Source: Longimicrobiales bacterium (GTDB lineage: Bacteria > Gemmatimonadota > Gemmatimonadetes > Longimicrobiales > Gaopeijiaceae). From it: a stretch of 64,000 nucleotides of DNA. The notes beneath the pieces were generated by a model, which ran no database searches, was not told the origin of the DNA, and worked only from the letters and a program-made list of their open reading frames with translations. The first letter of the stretch is position 1. Every line of letters begins with the position of its first letter. The DNA lies in NCBI GenBank assembly GCA_965198065.1, contig CBDAON010000004.1, positions 1,888,001-1,952,000 on the forward strand, given 5' to 3'. The position numbers were made by a program, and so were the translations under genes. Positions 10,320 through 21,691 of the stretch are shown one piece after another.

Positions 10320-11628
10320 GGGCCTTCCGTAAGGCATCGCTGGCCCACTCGAGCTGACCCCGATCGATCGTGAGCGGCGGGGCGAGCTCGACCACGTGGG
10401 AGCGCTCTCCCGCCGCGAGAACGAGGAGCCCTGCCCGGAGGGCCCGGGTTGCGGCCGCCGCAGCCGCGCCCGCCCCGTCCAGCTCGATGCCTACGAGGAG
10501 CCCGCGGCCCCGGACGTCCCGGACGCCGGGAATCCCGCCGAGCGTCCGTTCGAGGTGGTCCAGAAGCCACGCCCCCTCGTCCCTGGCCCGCTCCACCAGG
10601 CGCTCGGTCCGGATGACGTCCAGGAGAGCCAACGCAGCGGCGCAGGCGAGAGGGTGACCCAGAAACGTGGACGTGTGCAGGGCTTCGCCCTTCGATGCTG
10701 GCCATGCGTCCATGACCTCCCGTGGCCCCACGCACGCGCTGAGCGGGAGCCCTCCGCCGAGGCCCTTGCCGAGGCAGAGGAGGTCCGGGGCGGTCCCGTC
10801 GCGCTCGAACGCGAAGAGGTGGCCGGTTCGGCCGAGCCCCGTGAGCACCTCGTCCACGACGAGGAGCGCTCCCTCGCGCCGCGCCCGCCCGGCGACCTCG
10901 GCCAGAAAGCCCGTCGGGGGCACTCGGACCCCGGCTCTACCCTGAATCGGTTCGACGATCACGCACCCGGCCGGCGTCCCCTCGGATGCGAGCTCGGAGA
11001 GCGCGCGGTCGAGAGCCTCGAGTGAGCGCGGTCCCGCCGAATCCCCGTGTGAGGCGTGGTCCGGGAACGGGATGAATCGCACCGTCGGAAACAGGCGCTC
11101 CGCGAAGGGCGCCCGGAAGTCCTCTCTTGAGGTTACCGCGAGAGCCCCCACAGTGAGCCCGTGGTAGGCGCCCTCGAACGCTACGATCGCGCTCCGGCCG
11201 GTAGCGAGGAGGGCGGTCTTGAGCGCGATCTCGACAGCATCCGACCCAGAGGAGGCCAGGACCGAGCGCGCCTCTTTCCAGGGAGCCAGGGCCGAGAGAC
11301 GCTCGAGGAGCTCGACCTTCCCGATCGGGGGATGGACGTCTCCCATCCCGTGCACGAGGACCGTTGCCTGCGTTCGGATCGCCTCGACCACGGCCGGGTG
11401 GCCGTGCCCCGCGAGCGAGACGCCGAAGGCCGCCGTCAGATCGAGAAAGACGTTTCCGTCCGCGTCTTCCACGGTTGCGCCCTCGGCCCGCCTCCAGAAG
11501 ACCGGGAAGTCGGCGGCGCGGTACGTGACATTTCGCGACTCGACGGCGGCCAGGCGCGCCGCCAGCTCGCGCGAGGCCGGCCCGGGCGGCGGGACGGGGA
11601 TCCGGGGGAGCGGCGACCGGGGCGTCAC
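10309..11628 (-). CDS. Class III PLP aminotransferase (GabT/ArgD-like)
   Basis: FEGAYHG, VIVEPIQG, DEVLTGLGRTG, DLLCLGKGLGGG. Confidence 0.9.
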   Translation of the reverse strand: MTPRSPLPRIPVPPPGPASRELAARLAAVESRNVTYRAADFPVFWRRAEGATVEDADGNVFLDLTAAFGVSLAGHGHPAVVEAIRTQATVLVHGMGDVHPPIGKVELLERLSALAPWKEARSVLASSGSDAVEIALKTALLATGRSAIVAFEGAYHGLTVGALAVTSREDFRAPFAERLFPTVRFIPFPDHASHGDSAGPRSLEALDRALSELASEGTPAGCVIVEPIQGRAGVRVPPTGFLAEVAGRARREGALLVVDEVLTGLGRTGHLFAFERDGTAPDLLCLGKGLGGGLPLSACVGPREVMDAWPASKGEALHTSTFLGHPLACAAALALLDVIRTERLVERARDEGAWLLDHLERTLGGIPGVRDVRGRGLLVGIELDGAGAAAAAATRALRAGLLVLAAGERSHVVELAPPLTIDRGQLEWASDALRKALTP

Positions 11629-11641
11629 CGGACCTGTTCCC

Positions 11642-13705
11642 TCACGGCTCGATCCCCGCGCCCTCGAGCATCGCGAGAAAGCCGTCCTCGTCCAGCACCT
11701 CCACGCCGAGCTCGTGGGCGCGCTCGAGCTTGGAGCCCCCGGCTTCCCCGGCGACGAGAAAATCCGTCTCCCCGCTCACGCTCGAGACCGCCCTGCCACC
11801 TCCCTGCTCGACCAGCTTCTTCGCGCGGGACCGAGACATGGAGGCGAGGGCCCCGGTGAACGCGAACCGGCGTCCCTGGAACGGCCCCTCCGGCGTCCGG
11901 GCCTCCGGGACGACGAGCGCATCCATCCGCCTGCGGAGCTCGTCCAGGCCCCCGCGATTGGCGGGCTCCTCGAAGAACCCTCGGATCTGCTCGGCCATGC
12001 GAGGACCGACTCCCGAGACCTCCTGGAGCGCGTGCTCGTCGGCATCCCGAAGGGCCTCGAACGTCCGGAAGTGCGAGGCCAGGTCCCGGGCCACCGCCGC
12101 GCCGACTTCGGGGATTCCGAGACCGTAGAGGAAGCGGTGAAGCTCGGTGGTTCGGCTGGACCGGATGGCTCGGACGAGCTTTTGCGCCGACTTCTCGGCA
12201 AGACGGGGCAGGGTGAGAAGGTCGGTCTCGGACAGGTCGAACAGGTCGGCCAGCTCCCTCACGAGGCCCCTCTCCACCAGCAGGGACGCCCTCTCCGGGC
12301 CGAGTCCCTCGATGTCCAGCCCCGCGCGCGACGCGAAATGCGTGAGCCGGCCCTTGAGTTGGGCCGGGCAACCGAGCCGGTTCGGACAGAACGTGAAGGG
12401 ACCTCTGACCTGGACGGGCGTCCCACACGCCGGGCACCGCTCCGGCATGACGAAGAAGGCCGAGCGTCGGCGTCCCGCTTCCGCCATCACCTCCACGACC
12501 TGGGGGATCACGTCGCCGGCGCGCTGTACCCGGACGAGATCCCCCTCCCGCACGTCGCGCCGATCGACCTCCTCCCGGTTGTGCAGGGACGCCCGGGAGA
12601 CCGTGACGCCACCCACCTCCACCGGGAGCAGGAGGGCGACGGGCGTCAGGACGCCCGTGCGGCCGACCTGTACCGCGATCCGCTCGACGCGCGTCACCTC
12701 CTTCCGGGGCTCGAACTTGAAGGCGATCGCCCACCGGGGGTGGTGGGCGGTCGTCCCCAGGTCCGCGCGCTCGTCGAGATTGTTCAGCTTCACAACGACC
12801 CCGTCGATCTCGTAGTCGAGGGCGTCGCGATCGCGCTCGAAGGCGGCGTGATACTCGAGGATCTCTTCCACGCTGCGGGCGGTCCGGACCCGCTTGGGCG
12901 TCGGAAACCCCCACTCGTCGAGCGCGCCGACCAGTTCCAGGTCCGTTCGAAAGCCGGTCCCTCTGACCTCGAGGATGTCGTAGGCGAGCAACTGGAGCGG
13001 CCGACTCGCCGTGATCGACGGGTCGAGCTGCCGGAGGGCGCCCGAGGTGGCGTTCCTGGGGTTGGCGTACGTCTCTTCCCCGGCCTTCAGCCGTTCCTCG
13101 TTCAGGCCCTCGAACGCTGAGAGCGACATGAGCACCTCCCCCCGCACGGAGAGGAACGCAGGCGCCTCGCGGTCCTCCTCCCGGAGGCGGAGCGGGACTG
13201 AAGGAATCGTACGCGCGTTCTCGGAGACCGCCTCGCCCTCCCGGCCGTTCCCGCGCGTGACTGCGCGCGTCAGCACTCCGCTCTCGTACACGAGCTCGAG
13301 CGATACGCCGTCCAGCTTCGGCTCGAGCATGAACTCGGCCTCGTCCGCCTCCACCGCCTTCAGGATTCTCTCCAGGAAGCGACGCACCTCGTCCGGTTCC
13401 TGGGTCGAGTCCAGCGACAGCATCGGGGCCGCGTGCGCGACGGTCGGGAGGTCGTCTCGGGGCTCGCCGGCCACCCGGAGGGTGGGCGAGTCGTCGCTCC
13501 GAAGCTCGGGAAAGGTCTCCTCGACCTGCTTGAGCCTGCGGAACAGGCGGTCGTACTTCGCGTCGGAGATCTCGGGCCGTCCCGCCACGTGATACAGGTA
13601 GTCGTGGCGACGGATCTCTGATCGGAGCGCCGCCACGAGGCTACGGGCGGCCTCTGCCCGCAGCTCGGCGGGCGGGGTCTCGAGGTCGAGCAGCTCGTCC
13701 GTCAT
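11642..13705 (-). CDS. ligA: NAD-dependent DNA ligase
   Basis: EPKLDG, TRGNG, YEIDGVVVK, VGRTG, Zn finger, BRCT domain. Confidence 0.97.
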   Translation of the reverse strand: MTDELLDLETPPAELRAEAARSLVAALRSEIRRHDYLYHVAGRPEISDAKYDRLFRRLKQVEETFPELRSDDSPTLRVAGEPRDDLPTVAHAAPMLSLDSTQEPDEVRRFLERILKAVEADEAEFMLEPKLDGVSLELVYESGVLTRAVTRGNGREGEAVSENARTIPSVPLRLREEDREAPAFLSVRGEVLMSLSAFEGLNEERLKAGEETYANPRNATSGALRQLDPSITASRPLQLLAYDILEVRGTGFRTDLELVGALDEWGFPTPKRVRTARSVEEILEYHAAFERDRDALDYEIDGVVVKLNNLDERADLGTTAHHPRWAIAFKFEPRKEVTRVERIAVQVGRTGVLTPVALLLPVEVGGVTVSRASLHNREEVDRRDVREGDLVRVQRAGDVIPQVVEVMAEAGRRRSAFFVMPERCPACGTPVQVRGPFTFCPNRLGCPAQLKGRLTHFASRAGLDIEGLGPERASLLVERGLVRELADLFDLSETDLLTLPRLAEKSAQKLVRAIRSSRTTELHRFLYGLGIPEVGAAVARDLASHFRTFEALRDADEHALQEVSGVGPRMAEQIRGFFEEPANRGGLDELRRRMDALVVPEARTPEGPFQGRRFAFTGALASMSRSRAKKLVEQGGGRAVSSVSGETDFLVAGEAGGSKLERAHELGVEVLDEDGFLAMLEGAGIEP

Positions 13706-13803
13706 GCGCCTTATCTTCGAGCCGGACCCGGCTCCTGGGAAGGGAGGCGGGCCCGCTCGCCGCGCTCTGGCTTCCCCGCGCGGCGGCGGCGTATGTTCCG
13801 CGC

Positions 13804-15324
13804 ATGCCTCGCTGGCGCCGAGTGGTCCACGGATCTGTCGCGGCTCTGCTCTTGTCGGGGGTGGGGGGGTGCGCGGTGTGGGCCGGCGCAGGCGGCGTGC
13901 TCGGGCTTCCTCCCCTCCGTGAGCGCGTGGACGCCCTCCTGGCTGAGCCGCCCTTCGACGGCGTCCAATGGGGTGTTCTCGCAACCGACGCCGAGACCGG
14001 CGAGCTTCTCTACGAGCGAAACCCCGCTGTCCGCTTCATTCCCGCGTCCAATCAGAAGATTCCCGTGACCGTGGCGGCGATGGACCTCCTGGGACCCGCG
14101 TACCGCTGGGACACACCGTTCATGGCCCGAACCTTCCCGGAAGACGGTGTGGTGGAGGGGGATCTGGTCCTCGTGGGCTCCGGCGACCCGACCCTGGGAG
14201 AGCCGTTCTTCGAGTCCGCCGAACATGCGCTCGAGGCCGTCGTCGAAGCGCTCCGGGATGCGGGGATTGAGCGGGTGACGGGCGCTCTCGTTCTCGACGC
14301 CTCCCGCTGGGACTCCACCTCGGTGCCGGAGTCCTGGATGGTGGAGGACCTGGTCGCGACCGCGGGCGCCACCGGGGGGCCGTTCGTCCTGTGGCGAGGC
14401 GAGCTCGAGATTCGGGTGACGGGGGCCCCCACCCCGGGGGATCCGGCGCAGGTGGAATGGTCGCCGATGGGCGCGAGCACCTTCGTGGAAGCGAACGTTG
14501 CGACCGAGTCCCCGGACGTGGGACCCGACATCGCCGTGGATTACCACCCCGAGTCCAGACGCTGGACCGTCACCGGTACGATCGGCCCCGAGCGGGAGGC
14601 CACGCGAACGGTGCCGGCGCGGGATCCCGTGCGGCTCGCGCTGGACGCCCTCGAGCGGGCCATGGCTGACGCGGGGATCGTCGCTGAAGGAGGGGTGCGG
14701 ATCCACTGGGACCGGGGCACCCCGGTCGGGGACACCTGCGTCGCCGGAGAGCTCGACGCCTGTCCGGACCTGGTGGCGATCGCCGAGCTCCGATCGCTTC
14801 CGCTCGGCGAGGTCGTGGCAGCGATCCTGGGACCCAGCCAGAACTGGATGACCGAGCAACTCGTCCGCACGGTCGGGGCCGAGGTCGGGTCGGAGGGGAG
14901 CTGGCCCGAGGGTCTGCGCGTGATCCAGGAGCACCTCCGCGCGGCTGCCGGCGTGGATTCCCTCGCGCTCCGCATGGAGGACGGCTCGGGTCTCTCGGCC
15001 AAGAACCTCTTGTCGCCGCGGGCCATGGTCGCGATCCTGGCCCACGCCCGGGGCTCGACCTGGTTCTACTCGTTCGCGGGCGCCATGGCGCGCCCCGGGG
15101 GGCCCGACACGACGCTGGAAGACCGGCTCGCCGGGCTGGAGGGGCGTCTCTTCGCCAAGACCGGGACGATCACGAACGTGAACTCTCTCTCGGGATACCT
15201 CATCCGCAGTGACGGGCGCGAGGTGATCTTCAGCATCCTGTCGAACGGATCGAACCTGTCGTCGGACGCGGTCCGCGACCGAATCGACGAGCTCGTCAGG
15301 GAGGTGGCACGGCCCGAGGGTTGA
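13804..15324 (+). CDS. dacB: D-alanyl-D-alanine carboxypeptidase/endopeptidase (PBP4, S13)
   Basis: PASNQK (SxxK), SQN, DGSGLS, AKTGT. Confidence 0.92.
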   Translation: MPRWRRVVHGSVAALLLSGVGGCAVWAGAGGVLGLPPLRERVDALLAEPPFDGVQWGVLATDAETGELLYERNPAVRFIPASNQKIPVTVAAMDLLGPAYRWDTPFMARTFPEDGVVEGDLVLVGSGDPTLGEPFFESAEHALEAVVEALRDAGIERVTGALVLDASRWDSTSVPESWMVEDLVATAGATGGPFVLWRGELEIRVTGAPTPGDPAQVEWSPMGASTFVEANVATESPDVGPDIAVDYHPESRRWTVTGTIGPEREATRTVPARDPVRLALDALERAMADAGIVAEGGVRIHWDRGTPVGDTCVAGELDACPDLVAIAELRSLPLGEVVAAILGPSQNWMTEQLVRTVGAEVGSEGSWPEGLRVIQEHLRAAAGVDSLALRMEDGSGLSAKNLLSPRAMVAILAHARGSTWFYSFAGAMARPGGPDTTLEDRLAGLEGRLFAKTGTITNVNSLSGYLIRSDGREVIFSILSNGSNLSSDAVRDRIDELVREVARPEG

Positions 15325-16207
15325 GGGGCGTGGCTTCGAGCGTGCGCTCCGCCGCGATTCGGCCGGACTCGATCATCTCGTCGATGTGCTCGAAGTCGAG
15401 CGTTTCGAAGCGGTCTACCTCCGGACGGATGTAGAGGAGGGGCGGTCCGTCCCACTCCTGGATCGTCCTCCGCCGGCGGTTTCCGGACATGATCGAGAAC
15501 ACGCGCTCGTGGATCGCGAGCATCCCCTGGGCCACGACGGCCCGCGGCTCCACACTCTCGGCTGCGCTCACGTCGATGGCCACGATGCCCGTGGCGCCCA
15601 GCTCCACGGCTCTCCTGATGGGGAGCGCGTCTTCCGAGCCGCCGTCCACGTAAACGCCGCCGGGGAGGGAGATGGGCGGATAGAACAGGGGGAGCGCCGC
15701 GGACGCGTACACGGCGTCGGCGAGCGACACGTCCGTCCGAGCCCCAATCCCGAACCACTCCGTCCTCCCGGTGCCGAGCTCGACGGCGTTCGCCTGGAAG
15801 CGAACTTCGAGCCCCTCCCAGCCCTCTTCGGGGAGAACCTTCGAGAGGTATCGCCGGAGCGTCTCCTCATGAAAGACTGCCGGGGCCCGGATCCCGCGCA
15901 TCCAGACCGCTCGCCGCTGCATCCGAGCGATATCGCCCCGCCGGAGGCTCCTCGCATCGGCCAGCATCTCGTCGAGGCCCCGGCCACCGGCCACGCACGC
16001 TCCGATCAGGGCTCCGATGCTCGTCCCGATAATCCCTGTCGGAGCCAACCCGGCCCTGCTCAGGACTCCCCAGGCTCCGAGGTGCGCGAGCCCCCGGAGG
16101 CCCCCACCCCCGAGCACGAGCCACGGCAGCTCGCCGAGAGACACCTGTCCGAGCTTGAGCCCACGCTCGCCCCGCCCACGCTCGCGCTTCCAGAGCTTGA
16201 GCATCAT
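15296..16207 (-). CDS. Patatin-like phospholipase
   Basis: LVLGGGGLRG, GTSIG, YVDGG; start uncertain. Confidence 0.9.
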   Translation of the reverse strand: MMLKLWKRERGRGERGLKLGQVSLGELPWLVLGGGGLRGLAHLGAWGVLSRAGLAPTGIIGTSIGALIGACVAGGRGLDEMLADARSLRRGDIARMQRRAVWMRGIRAPAVFHEETLRRYLSKVLPEEGWEGLEVRFQANAVELGTGRTEWFGIGARTDVSLADAVYASAALPLFYPPISLPGGVYVDGGSEDALPIRRAVELGATGIVAIDVSAAESVEPRAVVAQGMLAIHERVFSIMSGNRRRRTIQEWDGPPLLYIRPEVDRFETLDFEHIDEMIESGRIAAERTLEATPLNPRAVPPP

Positions 16208-16279
16208 GACCTCCGCTGCACTCCAACGGCGACTGGCTGAAAGCCCCCGAATCGGAAGGAAACTATGCAGGGAGTCCTC

Positions 16280-16330
16280 TTGACGCTCCCGCGGGTTCAA
16301 GCCTAGATTGCGATAATCAGAATCATTCTC
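16280..16330 (+). promoter_or_regulatory. Sigma70-type suf promoter with downstream Fur-like box
   Basis: TTGACG (16280) - 18 bp - TAGATT (16304); GATAATCAGAATCATTCTC (16312-16330) matches 16/19 of the Fur consensus GATAATGATAATCATTATC. Confidence 0.7.
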
Positions 16331-16359
16331 AATAGCCTTCTCGCTCACCGCTCCCGGAG

Positions 16360-17145
16360 ATGACCCGGAGAATGGCTCCTGGACCCATTCTCTTGATCCG
16401 CGATCTCTACGCCAGGGTCGCCGAGCCGGAGGCGGAGATCCTCCACGGCGTGGACCTCGAGGTGCCGCGGGGAGAGATCCACGCGATCATGGGTCCGAAC
16501 GGATCCGGAAAGAGCACGCTTGCCAAGGTTCTCGTGGGCCACCCCGGTTACGAGGTGACTGCGGGCACGGTTCAGTACGATGGCGAGGACGTGCTCGAGC
16601 TGGGACCGGACGAGCGCGCGCGAAAGGGAATGTTCCTCGCGTTCCAGTATCCGGTGGAGATCCCCGGGGTGTCGATCGCGAATTTCCTCCGCACGGCCTT
16701 GCAGGCGAAGCTCGGGGAAGACCAGGAGCTCGATCTCTTCGACTTCCAGGAGCAGCTCCTCGAGCGGATGGAGCTCCTCGAGGTGGACCCGTCCTTCGCG
16801 GAGCGCCCCGTGAACGACGGCTTCTCGGGCGGGGAGAAGAAGCGGAGCGAGATCCTCCAGATGGCCGTTCTCCGGCCTGCGCTCGCGATCATGGACGAGA
16901 CGGACTCGGGTCTCGACATCGACGCGCTCCAGGTCGTGGCGAAGGGCGTGAAGAAGCTGCACGAGGAGGACCCCGACATGTCGGTCCTCATCATCACGCA
17001 TTACCAGAGGGTGCTGAATTACATTCGGCCCGACCGAGTACACGTGATGGTGGGGGGGAGGATCGTCCGGTCCGGAGGTCCCGAGGTGGCGGAGGCGCTC
17101 GAGGCGAAGGGGTACGAGGAATACAAGGCCGCGGTGAAGGGGTAG
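16360..17145 (+). CDS. sufC: Fe-S cluster assembly ATPase SufC
   Basis: HAIMGPNGSGKST, FLAFQYPVEIPGV, GFSGGEKKR, DETDSGLDIDAL. Confidence 0.97.
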   Translation: MTRRMAPGPILLIRDLYARVAEPEAEILHGVDLEVPRGEIHAIMGPNGSGKSTLAKVLVGHPGYEVTAGTVQYDGEDVLELGPDERARKGMFLAFQYPVEIPGVSIANFLRTALQAKLGEDQELDLFDFQEQLLERMELLEVDPSFAERPVNDGFSGGEKKRSEILQMAVLRPALAIMDETDSGLDIDALQVVAKGVKKLHEEDPDMSVLIITHYQRVLNYIRPDRVHVMVGGRIVRSGGPEVAEALEAKGYEEYKAAVKG

Positions 17146-17151
17146 ACAACC

Positions 17152-18567
17152 ATGCCAGACACTCCGATCGTCCAGGACCTCGACCTCGACCAGTACAAGT
17201 ACCACTTCATCACGGAGGACGAGCCGGTCTTCCGCTCGGGCCGCGGCCTGAACGAGAACGTGGTCCGGGAGATCTCGGCGCAAAAGGGGGAGCCCGACTG
17301 GATGCTCGCGCTCCGGCTGAAGGCGCTCGAGATCTACAACTCGAAGCCGATGCCCACGTGGGGCGGCGACCTCTCCAAGCTGAACGACGTGCTGGACCAG
17401 ATCTACTTCTACGTGCGCCCGCAGGAGAAGATGGAGCGCTCGTGGGACGACGTGCCCGTGAACATCAAGGAGACGTTCGAGAAGCTCGGCATCCCCGAGG
17501 CGGAGCAGAAGGTCCTGGCCGGCGTCGGAGCCCAGTACGAGTCCGAGATGATCTACCACTCCCTGAAGAAGGAGTGGGACGAGAAGGGGGTGATCTTCGA
17601 CTCGATCGAGGATGGGCTGAAGAACCACCCCGAGCTCTTCCGTGAGCACTTCGCTACGGTGATCCCGGTGGCCGACAACAAGTTCGCGTCGATGAACTCG
17701 GCCGTCTGGTCCGGCGGATCGTTCGTCTACATCCCGAAGGGGGTCGAGCTCGACACCCCGCTCCAGGCGTACTTCCGCGTGAACCAGGAGCAGATGGGCC
17801 AGTTCGAGCGAACGCTCATCATCGCGGACGAGGGCTCGAAGGCACACTACATCGAGGGGTGCACGGCGCCGGTCTACTCCACGGACTCGTTCCACTCCGG
17901 GGTCATCGAGATCATCGTGAAGCCGGGCGCGCACTTCCGGTACACGACCATCCAGAACTGGTCAAACAACATGTACAACCTCGTGACGCAGCGGGCGCTC
18001 GTGCACGAGAACGCGACCATGGAGTGGCTGGACGGAAACCTAGGGTCCAAGCTCACGATGAAGTACCCGAGCTGCTACCTGGTCGGCGAGGGTGCGCACG
18101 GGTCCGTCCTCTCCATCGCGTACGCGGGTGACGGGCAGCATCAGGACACCGGCGGCAAGGTGATCCACGCGGCCTCGAACACGACGTCCCAGATCATGTC
18201 CAAGTCGATCTCGAAGGGGCACGGCCGCGCCACCTACCGCGGGCTCCTCAAGGTCCACGAGGGGTCGGTCAACGCCCGCTCGAACGTCGAGTGCGACGCG
18301 CTCCTCATCAACGAGACGTCCCGGACGGACACGTATCCGTACATCGAGATCGAGGAGAACCAGTCGAACGTGGGGCACGAGGCCTCGGTCTCGAAGATCG
18401 GCGAGGAGCAGCTCTTCTACTTGAAGAGCCGCGGTATATCCGAGGAGGAGGCGATGGCCATGATCGTGCGGGGGTTCATCGAGCCGATCGCGAAGCTCCT
18501 CCCCCTCGAGTATGCCGTTGAGCTGAACCGGCTGATCGAGCTCGAGATGGAGGGATCCGTTGGGTGA
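17152..18567 (+). CDS. sufB: Fe-S cluster assembly protein SufB
   Basis: [33 protein letters not shown]. Confidence 0.97.
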   Translation: MPDTPIVQDLDLDQYKYHFITEDEPVFRSGRGLNENVVREISAQKGEPDWMLALRLKALEIYNSKPMPTWGGDLSKLNDVLDQIYFYVRPQEKMERSWDDVPVNIKETFEKLGIPEAEQKVLAGVGAQYESEMIYHSLKKEWDEKGVIFDSIEDGLKNHPELFREHFATVIPVADNKFASMNSAVWSGGSFVYIPKGVELDTPLQAYFRVNQEQMGQFERTLIIADEGSKAHYIEGCTAPVYSTDSFHSGVIEIIVKPGAHFRYTTIQNWSNNMYNLVTQRALVHENATMEWLDGNLGSKLTMKYPSCYLVGEGAHGSVLSIAYAGDGQHQDTGGKVIHAASNTTSQIMSKSISKGHGRATYRGLLKVHEGSVNARSNVECDALLINETSRTDTYPYIEIEENQSNVGHEASVSKIGEEQLFYLKSRGISEEEAMAMIVRGFIEPIAKLLPLEYAVELNRLIELEMEGSVG

Positions 18568-20014
18568 GACCGGAGCCCCCGGCTCCGGCGCGGCGGCCGG
18601 CGTTAAGGGGGGATCCGGAAAGGTGAGACGACCGGCTTCGGGCTCGACGGCCACGCAGGCCCGAGCGGTTCCCGAGGGGATCACGCCTTCGATTCATCGC
18701 GAGGCCGTCCTGGCTCTCGCGGCGGACGAGCCCTCTTGGCTCCGCGAGCGCCGGCTCGAGGCGTGGGACGTGTACGAACGGACCCCCATGCCGACGACCC
18801 GCCTCGAGGAGTGGCGCTATACCGACCTCAAGCGGAAGCTCGCGCTGGATCGGTTGACGATCGTTCCGTGGGAGGAGCGATCGTTCGACGAGAGCGGAGC
18901 GCCCCAGGAGCTGGTGGCCGCGATGGCGGCCGACCGGGCCGCGTCGGGCCATCTGATCGAGCTCGACGGGTCGGTCGCGCGGGTCGATCTCCTGGACGAG
19001 CTCCGCGCCAAGGGTGTCGTCCTCGCCTCGCTCCGTGAGGCGGTCCGGACTCATCCCGCGATCGTGGAGCCCCTCCTCGCCACGGAAGCTGTTCCAGCGA
19101 CGCTAGGGAAGTTTCAGGCGCTGAACGCTGCGCTTTGGACGGACGGCATCTTTCTCTACGTCCCCCGCGGGGTGCGGCTCGAGCTGCCGGTGCGGGTCAC
19201 CCGGTGGACCTCGGAGCTGGGACGCGCGCTCTTCTCCCGCACGCTCATCGTGGCCGAGGAGGCGAGCCAGGTGTCGTTCGTAGACGCGGCGCACTCGGCG
19301 GACTTCGGGGAGCAGACGCTCGTCTCGTCGGCGGTAGAGGTCTTCGCCCGGGACGGCGCGCAGATCCAGTACGTGTCGCTCCAGAGTATGGGTCGCGGAG
19401 TCTTCCACCTCTCCCAGCAGCGCACCCTGGCGGACCGGGACTCGACCGTCGACACCCTGAATGTGAGCCTGGGCGCCTCGGTGGCCCGCGTTGATCTCAA
19501 CGCGGAGCTCCGCGGGCCGGGATCCAACTCGGACATGCTGGGCCTCTGCTTCGGGGACGGGGACCAGCACTTCGACCACAACACGCGGCAGGACCACGTA
19601 TCGCCGAACGCGAAGAGCGACCTCCTGTACAAAGGAGCGCTCGACGGGAAGGCCCGCTCCGTCTTCCGGGGGATCATCAAGGTCCACAAGGGCGCGCAAC
19701 GGACGGACGCGTACCAGACGAATCGGAACCTGCTCCTCTCGGAGCACGCCCGCGCGGAGTCGCTTCCGAACCTGGAGATCGAGGCGGACGACGTGCGGTG
19801 CTCCCACGGGGCCACGGTTGGGCAGCTCGAGGAGGAGCACGTGTTCTACCTCATGAGCCGCGGGCTGTCCCGTTCGCGAGCCGAGCGCTTGGTCGTGCTC
19901 GGATTCCTGGGCGAGGTCCTCTCCAGGCTTCCCCTGGGCGGGGTCGTCGAAAAGGTGAACGGGATCATCGCGGAACGGCTCGGTGGGACGCTGGACGAGC
20001 CTGCCCATGGCTGA
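18560..20014 (+). CDS. sufD: Fe-S cluster assembly protein SufD
   Basis: [33 protein letters not shown]. Confidence 0.93.
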   Translation: MGETGAPGSGAAAGVKGGSGKVRRPASGSTATQARAVPEGITPSIHREAVLALAADEPSWLRERRLEAWDVYERTPMPTTRLEEWRYTDLKRKLALDRLTIVPWEERSFDESGAPQELVAAMAADRAASGHLIELDGSVARVDLLDELRAKGVVLASLREAVRTHPAIVEPLLATEAVPATLGKFQALNAALWTDGIFLYVPRGVRLELPVRVTRWTSELGRALFSRTLIVAEEASQVSFVDAAHSADFGEQTLVSSAVEVFARDGAQIQYVSLQSMGRGVFHLSQQRTLADRDSTVDTLNVSLGASVARVDLNAELRGPGSNSDMLGLCFGDGDQHFDHNTRQDHVSPNAKSDLLYKGALDGKARSVFRGIIKVHKGAQRTDAYQTNRNLLLSEHARAESLPNLEIEADDVRCSHGATVGQLEEEHVFYLMSRGLSRSRAERLVVLGFLGEVLSRLPLGGVVEKVNGIIAERLGGTLDEPAHG

Positions 20015-20321
20015 ATGGGTCCGCGTGGCGGATGTCGCGGACTGCGGGGAGGACGGGTGTCTCAAGGCTGTGAGCGGGACCGGAGAGGCGATCGTGCTGG
20101 CCCGCTGGGACGGGGAGCTGTTCGCTCTCGAGGACTGCTGCTCGCACCAGGACTTCCCCCTTTCGGAGGGGGCGCTCCAAGACGGCCGGATCGAATGCGT
20201 CTTCCACGGGGCGAAGTTCGACGTCCGATCCGGGAGGGCGGTGCAGCTTCCCGCTATCAAACCCGTCCGAACGTTCCCGGTGGAGATCCGGGACGGCGCG
20301 GTGTTCGTCCAGGTGGAGTGA
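20007..20321 (+). CDS. Rieske-type ferredoxin
   Basis: CSH...CVFHGAKFD Rieske ligands. Confidence 0.92.
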   Translation: MAEWVRVADVADCGEDGCLKAVSGTGEAIVLARWDGELFALEDCCSHQDFPLSEGALQDGRIECVFHGAKFDVRSGRAVQLPAIKPVRTFPVEIRDGAVFVQVE

Positions 20322-20405
20322 CCGGATGGCCTCCGATCGAAGCGGTTTGCTTCGCTCGGCTCGAGCCGCGCTAGGAGGCCGTCCATACACCAGGAGGCCG
20401 TCCAG

Positions 20406-21677
20406 ATGAAGACGTCCACGCCGGCCCCGCCCCCTGCGCCGTCGCAGGCGCTCGACGCGGAGCGCCTCCGCCGGGACTTCCCCGCGCTGGACCAGGAGGT
20501 GAGCGGCCGGCCGCTCGCGTACCTGGACAACGCGGCCACGTCCCAGAAGCCGAGGCGAGTGCTGGACGCGCTCCGGAACTACTACGAGCACGACAACGCG
20601 AACGTGCATCGCGGGCTCCACGAGCTGAGCCGGCGGGCGACGGATGCGTACGAGGCGGCGCGGGCCGTAGTGGCCCGGTGGATCGGAGCCTCCTCCGCAG
20701 AGGAGGTCGTCTGGACTCGCGGGACCACCGAATCCATCAACCTCGTGGCGGCGAGTTGGGGTGGGGCGAACCTGAAGCCGGGAGACGAGATCCTCGTTTC
20801 CGAGATGGAACACCACTCGAACCTCGTGCCCTGGCAGCTCGTGGCCGCGCGCACGGGGGCGAGGCTCCGCTTCCTCGAGCTAGACGACCAGGGGCGCCTG
20901 AACCTGGATCCCCTTTCGGAGATCCTCGGCAGGGGTCGCGTCCGGATCACCGCGCTCGGCCACGTGTCGAACGCGCTCGGGACGATCAACCCGATTGCGG
21001 AGATCTCGCGGCTCGTGCACGAGGCGGGGGCGCTGCTTCTCGTGGACGGAGCGCAGGGGGCGGCGCACCACGGGGTGGACGTAGGCGGGCTCGGGGCGGA
21101 CTTCTATGCGTTTTCGGGACACAAGATGTGTGGGCCGACCGGGATCGGGGTCCTCTGGGCCCGAAGGGAACTCCTCGAGGCGATGCCGCCGTACCAGGGC
21201 GGGGGCGAGATGATCGACCTTGTGGAACGCGACCACTCCACGTGGGCTGCCGTGCCGCACAAGTTCGAGGCGGGCACTCCGGACATCTCGGGCGCCATCG
21301 GCCTACACGCCGCGGTGGACTACCTCGAGGAGGTCGGATCCGACTCGATCCTGGCCCACGAGCAGTCGCTCGTGGCATACGCGCTGGAGAGGCTGGGCGA
21401 GGTCGAGAGGGTCCGGCTCTTCGGCCCGTCGGACCCTGCCGAGCGGGCCGGGGTCGTGTCGTTCACGGTGCCGGAGGCGCACCCGCACGACGTCTCGACC
21501 GTGCTCGACAGCGAGGGGATCGCGATCCGGGCCGGTCACCACTGCGCTCAGCTCGTGATGCGTCGATTCGGGGTGGCTGCCACCGCGCGCGCGTCGTTCT
21601 ACCTCTACAACACGACGGACGAGGTGGACCGGCTGATCCGGGGACTCGAGACGGTCCGATCGATCTTCGGGGATTGA
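20406..21677 (+). CDS. sufS: Cysteine desulfurase SufS
   Basis: YLDNAATSQKP, FSGHKM, RAGHHCA. Confidence 0.96.
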   Translation: MKTSTPAPPPAPSQALDAERLRRDFPALDQEVSGRPLAYLDNAATSQKPRRVLDALRNYYEHDNANVHRGLHELSRRATDAYEAARAVVARWIGASSAEEVVWTRGTTESINLVAASWGGANLKPGDEILVSEMEHHSNLVPWQLVAARTGARLRFLELDDQGRLNLDPLSEILGRGRVRITALGHVSNALGTINPIAEISRLVHEAGALLLVDGAQGAAHHGVDVGGLGADFYAFSGHKMCGPTGIGVLWARRELLEAMPPYQGGGEMIDLVERDHSTWAAVPHKFEAGTPDISGAIGLHAAVDYLEEVGSDSILAHEQSLVAYALERLGEVERVRLFGPSDPAERAGVVSFTVPEAHPHDVSTVLDSEGIAIRAGHHCAQLVMRRFGVAATARASFYLYNTTDEVDRLIRGLETVRSIFGD

Positions 21678-21691
21678 CCACGGCCTCGCCG

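Noticed and set aside
11219..13120. Long antisense or alternate-frame ORFs (also 16345-17934, 24257-26206, 26208-28013)
   Set aside because: They overlap well-supported genes and are typical high-GC shadow ORFs without motifs.
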